Positions 45,001-57,880 of a stretch of DNA of 64,000 nt are shown here, piece by piece. Position 1 is the stretch's first letter; each line of letters begins with the position of its first letter. Below the pieces are notes generated by a model that worked only from the letters and a program-made list of their open reading frames with translations, made no database searches and was not told the origin of the DNA. The stretch is from Phaeosaccion multiseriatum (Eukaryota; Protista; Ochrophyta, other classes). The stretch is taken from contig OZ218965.1 of the NCBI GenBank assembly GCA_965112735.1, forward strand, positions 868,001 to 932,000, in the 5' to 3' direction. Both the position numbers and the translations under genes were made by a program.

Positions 45001-48000
45001 GTGCCAGCTTGGACTCTCGACCCGCCGGAGGCGTCTTGTGAGTGTGTTGCGGCGACTCAGCTAGTGCTGCCGCCGCCGCTGCTGCTGTGGGAGTTGGTGA
45101 TACGCCTTCTTCCTCTCCCTCCACGGCTCCGAGCCCCATCGCCGCGGCTGCAATCTCCGCAGCGGATTGAGACCGGTCACGCGCTGCCTGTTCTGTATCA
45201 CCAATATCCTCAGCAGCAGCACCAGCCGCCTCTCTCGCCTCCCTCGCCTCCTCCTCGAAGGCCTCCCTCAACTCCCTCCTTGCCTCGGCCCTCGCCACCC
45301 CCAACATTACCCTCTTTGCGTCTCGCCTCGACGCCCCCCCCCTGTGCAACATATGGGCTTGGATCGTGTCCACCACAGCTCGGAAACGAGCGCCTCGACT
45401 CCTCGCCATCTCCCTCCCTCCTTTCTTCCTCTCCCACCAGCTCAGCAGCTCAGCAAAGTCGACATCTCCACTCCCATCCACGTCCATACTGCGAAGAAGC
45501 GCCACTCTCTGTGGCATGGGCAGCCGAATGTGCAACACGTGAAGGAGACGCTTGAACTCCGGCTCCTCGATGCTTCCCGAGCAGTCCTGATCGAACATTC
45601 TGAAACGACTTTTGAGCAACTCTCGATCCCTGCGCCTCTCACGCGCACGTTTCGCCTCACGTCTCTTCGCCCTGGCCCTCTTCCTCCCCCTCCTCCTCTG
45701 CCGTCGTTGCCCTTGTTCGCCGCCGTCCTTCTTACGCGACCGCTTGGCGGCACCTGCTGCTGTAGCACCAACAGCTGTATCACCACTGCCCCCGCTATCC
45801 AGGTCCCATCCCAGCCCCTCCTCTTCCCTCCCCTCGTCCCAGGTTGCCAGCTCGAGCAATACGGCCCTCCTTGCTGCCTCAGTCCTATCCACCTGTCTCT
45901 GTAACTGTAAGCGTCCGACGGTGGTGGTGACGAGGTGGCGCTCCATCTTCGCACAGGCCTCCTTCTCGGCCTGCCCCAGCAGTACCTTTGTTTGTGTTTT
46001 CGATTGGGGAGGGAGAGAGGAAGGAAGGAAGGAAGGAAGTCAATGATGATGTAGTAAGTCATTGGTTTAGTAAGTCGATGAATGAGAAGTGGGCAGGGAT
46101 GGTAACCCATGGCCGAGAGGAGGCTAGTCAACGGGAAGCCTTCTTCATACCACAAGCGCAGCTCTCTGCCCATATGACTACACCAGCATCCACAGGCCTC
46201 AGGCCTGACGCACGCACTCACCTCTTGACGAGCCCTCTCCTCCAACTCCTCCACGAATCCCCTCCTCCCCTTGCCGCGAAGGGCCAACGCCTTGCCCCTG
46301 CCTCCCCCCGCCGCGGCTGCTGCTTGCACCACGCTCAGAGCCGCCGCCGCCTCTTGCTGCTGCTTCTTGGTCATGGAGGAGTGCCCACCTGCGGCGGCAT
46401 CAACTCCCGCCCTGGTAAGGGCATCAGCCCACACCTTTGCTCTCGCTGCCGCTCTAGCCTTGGCGACGAGCGCATCTCTAACCGCCCCGCCAAGCCTTCC
46501 TCTGCTTCCCATCAGGCCGCATCCGCTGAGCAGCCACCTTTTGCACCGGAACCAGCGAGCAGCCCTCGACCTATGCAATTTCGCCCCCTCGGGCCCTCGT
46601 AGAAAGGCCCTCAACTCGTGGCGATCAACGTCCCCGCTGTGGCCGCTGTCGATGGCCTCAAAGACAGAGGGAAGTTGTTTGGGCCCCACGGGGACGCCCA
46701 AGTGCTTGAGGATGACGCTGAGCTCCTCTTTGTCGGCGGTCCCCGTCCCGTCGACGTCGAACATGTCAATGAGCAGCCCCATGTGTTGGTCATCCGTGTC
46801 GTCGTCGCCAGCAGTTGCCTCCTTCTCCCCCTCCTTAGTCTTTGTCTCCTCCTCCTCCTGCTCCTGCTCCTCCTCCTCCTCCTCCTCCTCGGCAGCCAAT
46901 AAGAGCGGCGGCGCGGACCGACCCGTCCGACTGCCTGCTTGACTGTCCTCTGGGCCCCTGCTACCCTGTCCTGTCCCTCTACTGCCGCCCTCCTCTCCCT
47001 CTTGCTCCTCCTGCCCCATGGCAAAGGCCTTGGCGAGAACGCTCTCCATGTCCTTTCGCACTTGCGCCTTGCCTGCAGCATCGATGGATGGCAATGGATG
47101 GATAAAGAAGGGATGGATGGCAGAGGATGGGCCTGAGCTTGGAGCAGCGGCAGTGGATGGCAGTAGATGGCAGTGAATGGGCAATGCAATGCACATGAGT
47201 GAGTCATTGCCCTACCTGGAGCTGTGGCCAAGAGCCGCCGCATGCGAGCCTCGGCATCGTCCTCGGCCCTCTTGACCTGTTTGGGGGGGGGGGGGGTGTT
47301 GATTGGGCATCGGGCACAGGGGTGAGGATGCTGAGGGGTGAGGGAGGTGATGGAATGAGTTCCACCGTACGTACACAAGCCGCTACTGTGAAGGCTTTCC
47401 CTCATCCCATCCCATGTAGCCTCCTCCCCTCTCCCCCCCCGTTTCACTTCTCCCGAGCCCTCCCCTCACCCCCCCCCCCCCCCCTCTCCTCCTCCCTACA
47501 CCTCCCATACCCCCCCCCTCCTCCCCTCCCCCCTCCCCCCTGCATACCTTGTGCTCAATCTCCACGAGCTTCCTCTCCGCCTCGAGCTTCCTCGCCGCCT
47601 CTAACGCCGCCTTTTTGGCCCCCACCCCTCCACCCTTCCCCTTCCCCTTCCCCTTCCCCTTCCCCCCCCCCTTGCCCTTCATATTGGCCGTGGCCATGAG
47701 CGCCAGTGCCGCCGAAGGATGATGTTTGTGATGAGGGGGCACTTCCATCGCTTTGACGGTTTCATCGAGCGATGCCTGCAGCTTGGCCACGAAAGCCGCA
47801 TCCGCCGCCGGACTCAAGTGCTCCAGCCCCTGCGCCTCCCAGTACGTTCTCCCCCCTCCCCCTCCTCCTCCTCCTCCTCCTCCTCCTCCTCCTCCTCCTC
47901 CTCCCAAAGCGAGTAGCCTCTCCTTCTTCTGCCGCTGCTTCTCCCCCTCGTCTTGCTCCCACCCACGGACCCAATCGAAGGAGGGCGGTCGAGTCTCTCG

Positions 48001-51000
48001 GAAGCGTCTCAGCTCCAACAGCTTGGCAGTCAGGCGGGCCTTTCGCACATGAAGAACCAACGCCTCCTGCAGCATCGCTTCCCGCACCTTCCTCCGATGG
48101 CGACGCCAAGGATCGGGCTGGATCACCACCGCATCCAATGCACGACCGCTGAGCGGTCTCTTCTCGGATCTATTTGATGACTTATCCTCCATCTCCCGTG
48201 CTTGCGCCTCCTCCAGTGCTTCCCGCTCTTGGGCCTCTTCTTGGGCATCCCTCTTGGCCTCCGTGGCCTCCTCCCTCGCCTCTTTCCTCTTGAGCACCAG
48301 TGCCTTCTTCTTCTCCCTCACCCTCTCCAAAAGGGCCACACTTCGCGGTCGGAGATCCCTCAACGGCTGCGTCACTCGCGTCACCTGGGTCTCTACCTTG
48401 CTTCTTGCTACCCCCACCGCTCGTTTGGCGCGCTGTGCAGCCCCTCCGAGGCCGCTGCTGCTGCTGGTTCCATCTACTGCCATCTGCTTGCCGTCCACGC
48501 CTTGGTCTCCTCCTCCTCCTCCTCCTCCTCCTCCTCCTCCTCCTTCTCCTTGTTTGTCGCTCTTGCTCTTCTTGCTGTCCCCTTGCGCCGCCTCCTCCCC
48601 CTCCGGCGTCTTGCGTTTGATGCCGCCACTCTCTTCTTCTCCATCCAGTGCCTTCTTGCGTCTCTCCTCCTCCTTCTCCTCCCTCTTCCGCCGCCGCTTC
48701 TCCTCCTTAGCCTTTCTCTTGTCCTCCTCCTCCTGCCTCGCTTTCTCCTCCGCCTCCTCCTGCCCGTTGATGGTGCGGTACCAGCTCCAAAACTCATCAA
48801 AGTCGATATCGCCGGTACCGTCCTTGTCCATTCTCTCGAAGGCTCGCTCGGACTCTTGCTCGCTCAGCTTCACCCCCATCCCTGTTGTTAAGTGTTCGAG
48901 CACATGTCAACCAGATGTCAAGCAGATGTCAGATGTCAAGCATTGGTCAAGCCGTGGTCAAGCAGCGGTCAAGCACCAGTTACGTCTATGCTGACAGGCA
49001 ATATCACAGCAACAGCACCGCAACACAGCAACAGCACAGCAACCGCACAGTAACATTACAGCCGCGCAAAGAGGCGCACAGCGGCAGCACAGTGGCAGCC
49101 CGTCATGATTCCTCTCAGTTTGAGGTGAATCGACCAGACCAATTGTGGACAGACGAGCCTGTCCTGTTACACAACAGGACGGAAGAGGAGACTGACGGAC
49201 CTTCGAGCATGTCATGCAGCTCCTCTACGTTGATGGTCTCGTCCCCGTCCCTGTCGAAGGCCGCGAAGGTCAGCTCCGCGATGGCCCGTAGAATGCCATC
49301 CTTCTGCGGAGACGGATAGGAGGGTATATGGGCAGACAGGCACATGGTCAGACAGGCACATGGGCAGACAGGCAGGCAGGAGAAGCGAGAGGGGGGGGGG
49401 CGAGTGCGTTCGTTTCAGTAAACAGCACCTCACAGTTGGCACTGAAGTCAAAGCCCCCCACCCCCCAAATTAACACTCCAACTCTTACTCACGTCCTTTG
49501 CCTGTTTGCCGAACTGACGGATGAGGGACTTCATCCTCCTGGCAAGAAGCCTCTCGCCGAGCTCCTGCACCTCCGCTGAGGCTTTGCCCAGGGGGGCGTC
49601 TTTCTCGGCTCTGACGTCAGAGTGTCCGGACTCAAGCCGCGCTAACTCAGCGGCCTCTGCCAGCAGGGCGGCGAAGTTGAGGCGCTGCTGCTCGTCCTGG
49701 GAGGATGACGGTAGAGGGCACGGAGGAGACGCAGAAATGTGGATGGCAGTGTAAGGGACGGCAGAAGAGAGGATGGCAGTAGAGGGAATTGGGCACACCA
49801 ATGTCGTCTTTCGCGTGCACTTTCTCGAGTCTCTCCGTCCCTCCCCATTGCACACACACACACACACACGCACATCCACGCACACACACAAGCACACATC
49901 CTGATGTACACACGATATAAAACACACACGCACATACACACACACATACACCTCCACACACACACACATACACACGCGTACGCACGCACACACACATACA
50001 CACGTACGCACACAAGCACGTAAACACACAACTACACACACGCACGCACCCACGCACGCACCTGCCAACGCATCTCGGCCTCTTCCGCCTTTCGTTGCCT
50101 TCTGAGCTCCCTCTTGATGGCCAGGTGCGACATGAACAGCCGGCCCCTTCCTCCCACGTGCAGCAGTTGGTGCTCCAGCTTCAGACGCTCTTTTCTCAGG
50201 CTGGCGAGTGTTTTCTTCTTTTGGGGCGGGGTGGCGGCGATCTGAATCACCAACTGCTGCAGTTGCACCTGCAGAGTGAGGTGTTGCAGCTGTTGCAAGG
50301 GACCCATATTCCTGCTGCAGCGATCCGAGTCGACAAGTACTGAACCACCCTCCTCGCTAGCGCTGCTGCAGTCCCTACCCCCCCCTGGCCCTCCTCCTTC
50401 TGCTCCTCCTGCTCCTCCAGCCGTATCACCAACTTGGGTAGGTGCTACTCCAAAAACGGTCGCCTGCTGTTTAAAATGTTGCACATACTGAGTGTACAGC
50501 AGAAACCCCTCTCTGCACTGACAGCATTGATAGCGCGGCTCCCTGCACTCACCCAGCTGCTGTACCACCAACTGCTGCGGCTCCTGCCCTACCCCGCCCC
50601 CTGTCCCTACCCCAACGCTGCCCCCACCTTCACCCCCCATCCCTCTCCCTCCGCCTCCTCTCTCTCTATCCCCGACACCTCTGCCTCTGTCTCTGTGGTC
50701 TCTGCCCTTGGTTAGGTCTCTGAAACGTTTCTGCGCCGCTCGAGCCGCCACCTTAGTGAAGCTCTTGACCACATTGACACGCGCCAAGTCCTGTGTATCT
50801 TTGCCTGAGGGGGGGGGCAGAGGGTTGGTGATACGATTAGAAGATTGCTGCCAGTTGGGGTGTGTGCTTGGGCGAAGCAGCGGTCAGTTTGGGTTTGGAG
50901 GGGGGCGGAGGTGTGTGCGGGGTGGGTAGAAGGGCACACCACATGGAGCAAGAGTGTTTGACGGAGGAGAAGGAGGAGGAGGAGGAAAAGGAGCAGAAGG

Positions 51001-54000
51001 CGGAGGAGGAGGAGGAGGAGGAGGAGGAGAAGGAGGAGGAGGAGGAGGAGGAGGAGGAGGAGGAGGAGGAGGAGGAGGAGGAGGAGGAGGAGGAGGAGAA
51101 CGAGGGGGAGGAGGAGAACGAGGAGGAGCAGGAAGAGGCGGAGGAGGATGAGGAGGGGGAGGGGGAGGAGGAGGAGGAGGAGGAGGAGGAGGAGGAGGAG
51201 GAGGAGGAGGAGGAGGAGGAGGAGGAGGAGGAGGAGGAGGGGAGGAGGAGGAGGAGGAGGAGGAGGAGGAGGAGGAGGAGGAGGAGGAGGAGGAGGAGGA
51301 GGAGGAGGAGGAGGAGGAGGAGGAGGAGGAGGAGGAGGAGGAGGAGGAGAACGAGGAGGAGAACGAGGAGGAGCAGGAAGAGGCGGAGGAGGAGGAGGAG
51401 GAGGAGGAGGAGGAGGAGGAGGAGGAGGAGGAGGAGGAGGAGGAGGAGGAGGAGGAGGAGGAGGAGGAGGAGGAGGAGGCAGCGGCGAAGGAGCGCACGC
51501 ACGCACGCACGTACGCATGCACGTACCCGTGAGCTGGTTGATGCTGCGCTTGGTCTTGAGGTACTGCCTGAGCAGCGCCATCTTGGCCCCTCCCCCCCCC
51601 CTTACGGTGTCCGGCGCTGTGAACCACGTGTAGAACTCGAAGAAGTCAATCTCGCCGGACCCGTCCTTGTCGAGCTGAGCAAGGGCCAGGTCCAGCTCTC
51701 TGTGCGGGGTAGGGGAAGGGAAGGGAAGGCAGTGAATGGACAGGCACATGGGGGGGTAATTGGGTGGGTGGATGGCCAGGCAGATGGGTGGGGTCTTCTT
51801 CGTCCTTGCCTCCCTCCCTCCCTCCCTCCCTCCCTCGCACCCACCCACCCACCCCCCTTTGGGCTCCCCTCCCAACTCTTCCCACCTACCTGTCCTCCAT
51901 GGCGATGCCCATCTTCTTAAGCAACATGCCCACTTCATCATGATCCATAGTGCCGCTCCCATCAAGATCGAAGGAGTCGAACACTTCGCGCATCTCCAGC
52001 CTCTCTCTCTCTGCCAAAGGGAGGGCTTTGACGAGGCGGCGGGTGCGCACTTTGGACACGTGAAGACGCTTAAGCTCGCGTTGGTATAAGGACTCGCCTT
52101 CTGCCGTCTGGGGAGGGGAAGGGAGGGGAGGGAACGGGAGGGAAGGGAAGGGGAGGGGAGGGAGGGGAAGGAGTGGGGTGGGGGTGGGAAGGGGACGGGG
52201 GGGAGGATGAGTAGATGGACGAGGAGGAGGCGGGGGGGGGGGGTAAGGGGGGGAGCTTAATCACAAACTTACTCACTCACTCACTCACTCACTCACTCAC
52301 TCACTCACTGACTGACTAACTCACTCACTCACCCAATCACCCACTCACTCACTCTCTCACTCCTCCCTGACTTACTGACCTTGAGGTACAGGAGAGCTCT
52401 CTTCTGTGCGGCCGAAACCGCCGCACTGCACCGCGCCTTCTCCTCGTCGCTCCGGCGCTTCTCAACGGCCATGAGGGCATCCTTCACCACCTGAGAAGGG
52501 ATGGCAGTGGATGGGAAACAGGAGGAGGAGGAGGAGGAGGAGGAGGAGGAGGAGGAGGAGGAGGAGGAGGAGGAGGAGGAGGAGGAGGAGGAGGAGGAGG
52601 GGCGACAAGGATTGAGCGACTGGACTGCCCGTTCTTTTTTTTCTCATTACTCTCTCTGTCCCACACACTCGTCCACTGTCCTGACACCCCCCCACCCACA
52701 GTCCTGACACCCATGCCCCCACTCTCCTGACACCCACCCACCCTCCCAACCATCCCACCTTAAAGTACTGCCTTCCGATGAAGCCCCTTGCTCTCCTGTT
52801 CATGCCTTGCACCGCCTGCCACAGCTCACTGTGCACAGCAGCGATCTTGGCAGCCCTCAGCCGCCTCGTGGCCGTCCCTCTCTGCAGGGCCTGCAAGTGA
52901 GTTGCCATGTCCCTCCTGTGCATTCGCCGCAGCAGCTCCAGCCTCCCGAGTCTCATCCTCACCGCGCTCTGAAGCTTCACGGCGTATTTGATTTGCACGC
53001 GGAGTTTGCGCACGAATATCCGCGCCAAGACGCCCCTGTATCACCAACGTGTGTGCGTGCGTGTGTGTATGCATGTGTGTGCGCGTGCGTGCGTGCTTGG
53101 TTAAGCTATTGGCAATCGGAGCAACTCTCACTCTCTCTCACGCTCTCGCTCTCTCTCTGCCTCTGTCGCTCCTTGGTACACCGTCGAACAAGGAGAGTCC
53201 CTCCCAATCTCCTCAACTCACAAACAGTTACACTCACTCACACTCACCTCATCCTGGCCTGTATCACCACCGCGCCACGGCTCTTTCTGTACAAGAACAC
53301 CCTCCACGCCTGCCCTATGTAAGTGGCTGCAGCGTGGTGACGCATACTCAACAGCCGCTGAGCACGCCGGGCGCTGTATCCCCGGAAGCAGGCCGCTATC
53401 TTACACTGCGCCAGGCTCATGCGCACATACCGACGCAGAAACCAACGCTGGATCTGAGTGGCAAGGTGATGCGCTCGAGCCGTGTACGGGAAGGCCGCCC
53501 CCTCCCCCTGTCTGCTCCCCGTTCGAGACGTGGTACGTAGCAGGGACGACGAGGAGAAGGTGGCACCAAACCCGCCACCACCGTCCCCATTATCACCGCC
53601 ACTGCTGACCGTCGTTCCTGGGGCCGTCAGCAGCACGCTCGTGGCCCTTTTCAGTAAGTCCACGGCCTGGGCGACCTCCCCCTGCTCGGCTCGCACCATA
53701 GCCTGACGACGAAGCCACTCCGCCTCCGGCACTGTCCCGGCCAGCCCTCCCTCGCCACCGCCGCTCTCCAACGTGGCTGTGAGGCTGAAAGTCACCGACG
53801 CCTCAGCGCCGAGAGCGCCGGACGTGCCCCCTCTACCACCACCGCTACTGCCCCCGCTCGCGCCCGCCCCCGTCCTTCCTCCTGTGCTGGACATGCCCCC
53901 CAGGAAAGCCCCCGTCGCTGCCATCTGTTGCTGCGCCGCACTCAGTCTCAGACTGCTGCCTGGATCCTCCGCCACCGCCTCCTTAGGCAGGTAGGCAAGC

Positions 54001-55040
54001 CTCGCGTCGAGCGGTCTGCTTAGGGTGGACGCTACCATATCCTCCCACTGCCCCTTCCCGAGGTTCCCCTCCAGGACGTCCTGTAGGTTGGCGTCCATCT
54101 CCTGCGACGTCGCCAGTTGTTGATGTCCCCCCCCTCCTCCTCCTCCTCCTCCTCCTCCTGCCCCCACCCCCCGCGTGAGGTCACCCCCAAAGCTCTTCAG
54201 TGTTGCCGCTCCAGTGCTGCTCCCCAGTGTACTCGACATCCTCCCTGTGCCACCGCCGTCTGTGACTGTGGCCGCGAGCTCTCCAGATCCATCCCCGCCA
54301 CGGCTGCTCCCTTCCACCTTCTGCTGTGCCACCAACTGCTGCTGCTGCTGCTTGTGTTGTTGGGACTGCTGCGTCTGCCGTAGAAAAGCCGCTAGGCGGT
54401 GCTTCGCTGCCTCCTTCTTGGTCATGGTGGGAGCGGGGCTGAGGCTGGTGGGCCTCTTGCCCTGCTGTATCACCAATTGCTGCCCCTGCCCCTGACCCTC
54501 CTGGTCGCGTGTAAGCTGCCTTGCTGAGGCGCCCTTCTTCAGAGGAGACACAGATCGAATTTCGTCCTCCTGAGTGCCGGTGCCGCCTCGAGATCCTCCT
54601 TCCGTGCTACCTACCCGGGATCCTCCTCCTCCCCTGCTGTCCCCTCGGGACCCCCCTCCCCTGCTGTCCCCTCGGGATGCTCCTCCCCTGCTGCCCATAT
54701 GACTGCGATGACCTCCGACGGCGGCTGCCGCTGCCGCAGTGAGAGGCTGGATCTCCACGTTCATGTACTCCTCCACCTGTTGATGGTGGGTGAATGTTGG
54801 TTGTCAAAGGGAAACCACATTCGCGCACGACACACGACTCAGGCTAATGAGTGGAGGGGACGAGAAGCATTGCATGAGTAGCAGCCAGGTGCTTACAAGT
54901 CCATTGGAGCAGTTTTGCAGCAGGTGCTATATCGCCCCTCCCTCCCTCCCCGTAGCTCAGGAAGACTGGAGCACTCTCCCTCTCTCCCCCCGTCTCTCCC
55001 CCTGTCTCTCTCTCTCCCCCGTCTCTCTCTCTCATCTCTC

Positions 55041-55077
<37 letters not shown>

Positions 55078-56105
55078 TCTCCCTTTCTCTCTCTCACTCA
55101 CTCTCTCTCTCTCACCTTCTCCTCCAGCTCGAGCCTCTTCATGTCTTTCTTCTTGATGGTGCCCATATGCCTACTCCTCTGCAGGGCCAGCCACTCATTC
55201 TTGTCCTTCGGGCTCTGGTGCGGCCAAGGCTCATCGTGCCTGTACGCGGGGAGAGTGTAGTCACTTAGCACATCGTCCGTGGACAGCGGACGCCCCCTCG
55301 TGGAGGAGCCGCGGCTTGCACCTCCCGTTCCGAAGAATGAGGTAGAGGAGAGCGAGGCGCTCATACCGCCCCCCTGGAGCCCTGCTCTGGAGGCCGATCC
55401 GGAGGCGGGCGCGCGTGAAGCTGTGGTGTGTGTCGAGGTTAAGGTGTTGTTCTCCTTGAGCGTCTGCAGGGGAAAGGGAGGGGCCCGGCTCTCGTCCGGA
55501 CCGAGAAGAGTCACCAACTCGTTTACCTCCTCTCTCCACTGACGAAGGTCAACAGTTACACCCATGTCGTCCTGCTGCCTCTCTTTTCCTCCCTCCTCAC
55601 TGTCGTCCTCATGCTGTTGGTCATCATCATCAGTATGCCCTCCTCCTGTCCCCCCTTCGTGGTGTCCATTCCGTTGCTGGCTGCTCGTCAAAGCCAACTG
55701 GATGGTCTGCTGATCCTGAGCAGAGAGCTCGAAGCGTAAGTCCTTCTTGGTGATGCCAAGCTTCCTTCGAATCTTCTCTACCTTCTCCTGCGCCACAGCC
55801 TCGGGTGTGGGCTTGTTCGATGGTCGCAAGGGACCCACGAGCCCATTGTAGGGACTTCCATCGAGGATAATATCTCTCCAATCATCGTTCCATCTTCGTT
55901 TCTTGGGCCTCTCTCCAGGAGGATAAGGGAAGGCCACCGTCTGTGCGAGGTTGATGTCTCCCACTGTTGGCCACTGTATGTCGTGGGAGGCCGTTAGCGA
56001 AAGAGGAAGCACTTTCCCTTTCAGACCAAGTCCTCGGCTGCTACCGCCCAATCTCTCGGGGGAGACGGAGAGCCGTCGCTTGTGGGATACTCCCCCCATT
56101 GTCAT
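42082..56105 (-). CDS. Very large IQ-motif and multi-EF-hand protein with coiled coils and one C2H2-like finger (many exons)
   Basis: IQ motifs: [19 protein letters not shown]|[27 protein letters not shown] loops: [96 protein letters not shown]. Finger-like [20 protein letters not shown]. All on one strand and joined by GT-AG introns; the full exon chain was not verified. Confidence 0.8.
50966..51480. repeat. (GGA)n microsatellite of ~500 bp in an intron
   Basis: Direct reading; it produces the spurious poly-E/R/G/P/L/S ORFs in the track. Confidence 0.95.
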
Positions 56106-56417
56106 TCACTCTTCACTCTAATCTCTTTTCATGTCCGTATCATCTCCTCCTTCCCTGCTCTTTCGTCATCTCCTCCTGTTGGAGCAAGACTCAATTTCCC
56201 GGAACGGACCCCCGGAACGGGAAGGCAAAGGCCATACAGCCGTTCCTCTTAACACTGCGCTGCTCTGCTCTCCTATGGCACGATCATGGCACCCACATCA
56301 AAAAGTAACGATTTTTTTGTTCGCGTGTTGGTGCTCCAGTCGAGCTGCAGCCTCTGGCTCGCGCTCCTTCCCTTGCTCTCTCTCTCTTTCCTGTGCTTGC
56401 TACTACATCTCCGTAGC

Positions 56418-57476
56418 ATGCGTAGAAGACCTTGCGCGAAGTCGTGTGGCCTGTTAGTTGGTGTAGTTCTGGTTAGAGCAGCGTCCACCGTGACGAAGGC
56501 GTTCACTCTGAGCCTCAGAGCAAACAACGCCGTCCTTTCCAGGTGTTGGAGCTCTGAAGGCAGGCGATGGAGCTCTCAAATAGGTGGCGCAGTGGGGAGG
56601 AGAAGGAACATGTGCCGTGGAGCACTCAGCAGGGTGGACAGCGGCAGCTCGTTTGGCGACAATGGCAGCAATTTGACAGGAGCCGCCACAAGAAGGAGCA
56701 GGATTCGGGCTCGCCCCGGAGCCTCCCCTCCTGTATCGCGGCGATTTAGTGGACACTCCTCCGCGTTGGCTATGATGGCCAGAAACCTGGAGTCGCAGTA
56801 CAAGAATCTGTTTGAGGATGGAAAGGTGGAGGCGAGCGCGGAAGGTGAGACACCCTCGTAGGGCTATCTGCCTCACCAGATTGCCCTGCATTGCATTGCG
56901 TTGCTTGCATTAAAGCCCGAGCACGGTCGCTGAGCTCGGAAACAGTGGTCTTCCTGGCCGCTCTGCTTACCGTGTCTTCTGTCGCTGAGTGAGAGAAGAG
57001 ATAAGAGAGAGAGAGAGAGAGAGAGAAGAGCTAACCTCTTCACCACCACTCGCCCCTGCGTGCATCACCATGGACTGCCACTGCCTCAGGTCCTGTCGAT
57101 CTTACAGAGCCGATGATGGAAGCCATGAGGCTGCAGGTACAGCTAACCCCTTCACATGTTCCTCTCCCCGTCTGTACTGTGTCCCATCTACTCGCCGCCT
57201 TCTCCTCTCTTCATCGACCCCCAAGGCTTGCAAGCTTCGTCCTCAGCGCCCTCCCCCTTCTTCGTCCCGTGTAACTAACCACCCCCCCCCCCCCTCGACC
57301 GTGGCGCCCTCCTCTCCTGCCTCTCTTTGGGTGCTCTGGGACCCCCCCCCAAGTGGGCGTACGGCTTTCCCTATCTGCCGCGTGGCATGAAGCAGCTCAC
57401 GCACGGCGCTCACTATTATCCGGCCGCCATGCAGGTAATTGCGACCTTCCTTCCACTGCCATCCACGGTGGCGCTC

Positions 57477-57510
<34 letters not shown>

Positions 57511-57838
57511 CTCCTGCTCACTGCGCGCCTGTGACTCTCCTTGTAACCCCACCAGCCTCTCTTCCTCTTACATCATTCCCTCCCCCTCCCTCTTATTCCC
57601 CATTCCCTCTTCTTCTCCCTCTCCCTCTCTCTGGCGATGCTCGGTTGTAATTGTCTCGTCCTTTCAACCCAAAAGGGAGCCGCGGCAAAGGTGAGCGGCG
57701 GCAACACTGTATTTCAGTACGAACGCACTTCGAGCGAGCGATTTACTCTACACTTGCCATAGTCTACTTGCCATTCTCTCTCCGTGTGCATGTGTGTGTG
57801 AGTGTGTATGTATGTTCGTGTGTGTGCGTGTGTGTGTG

Positions 57839-57880
<42 letters not shown>

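Noticed and set aside
50712-51965. Long poly-P/L/S/E/R/G ORFs, and similar ones at 3789-4309, 23040-23639 and 49448-50068
   Set aside because: Products of stop-free intronic microsatellites.
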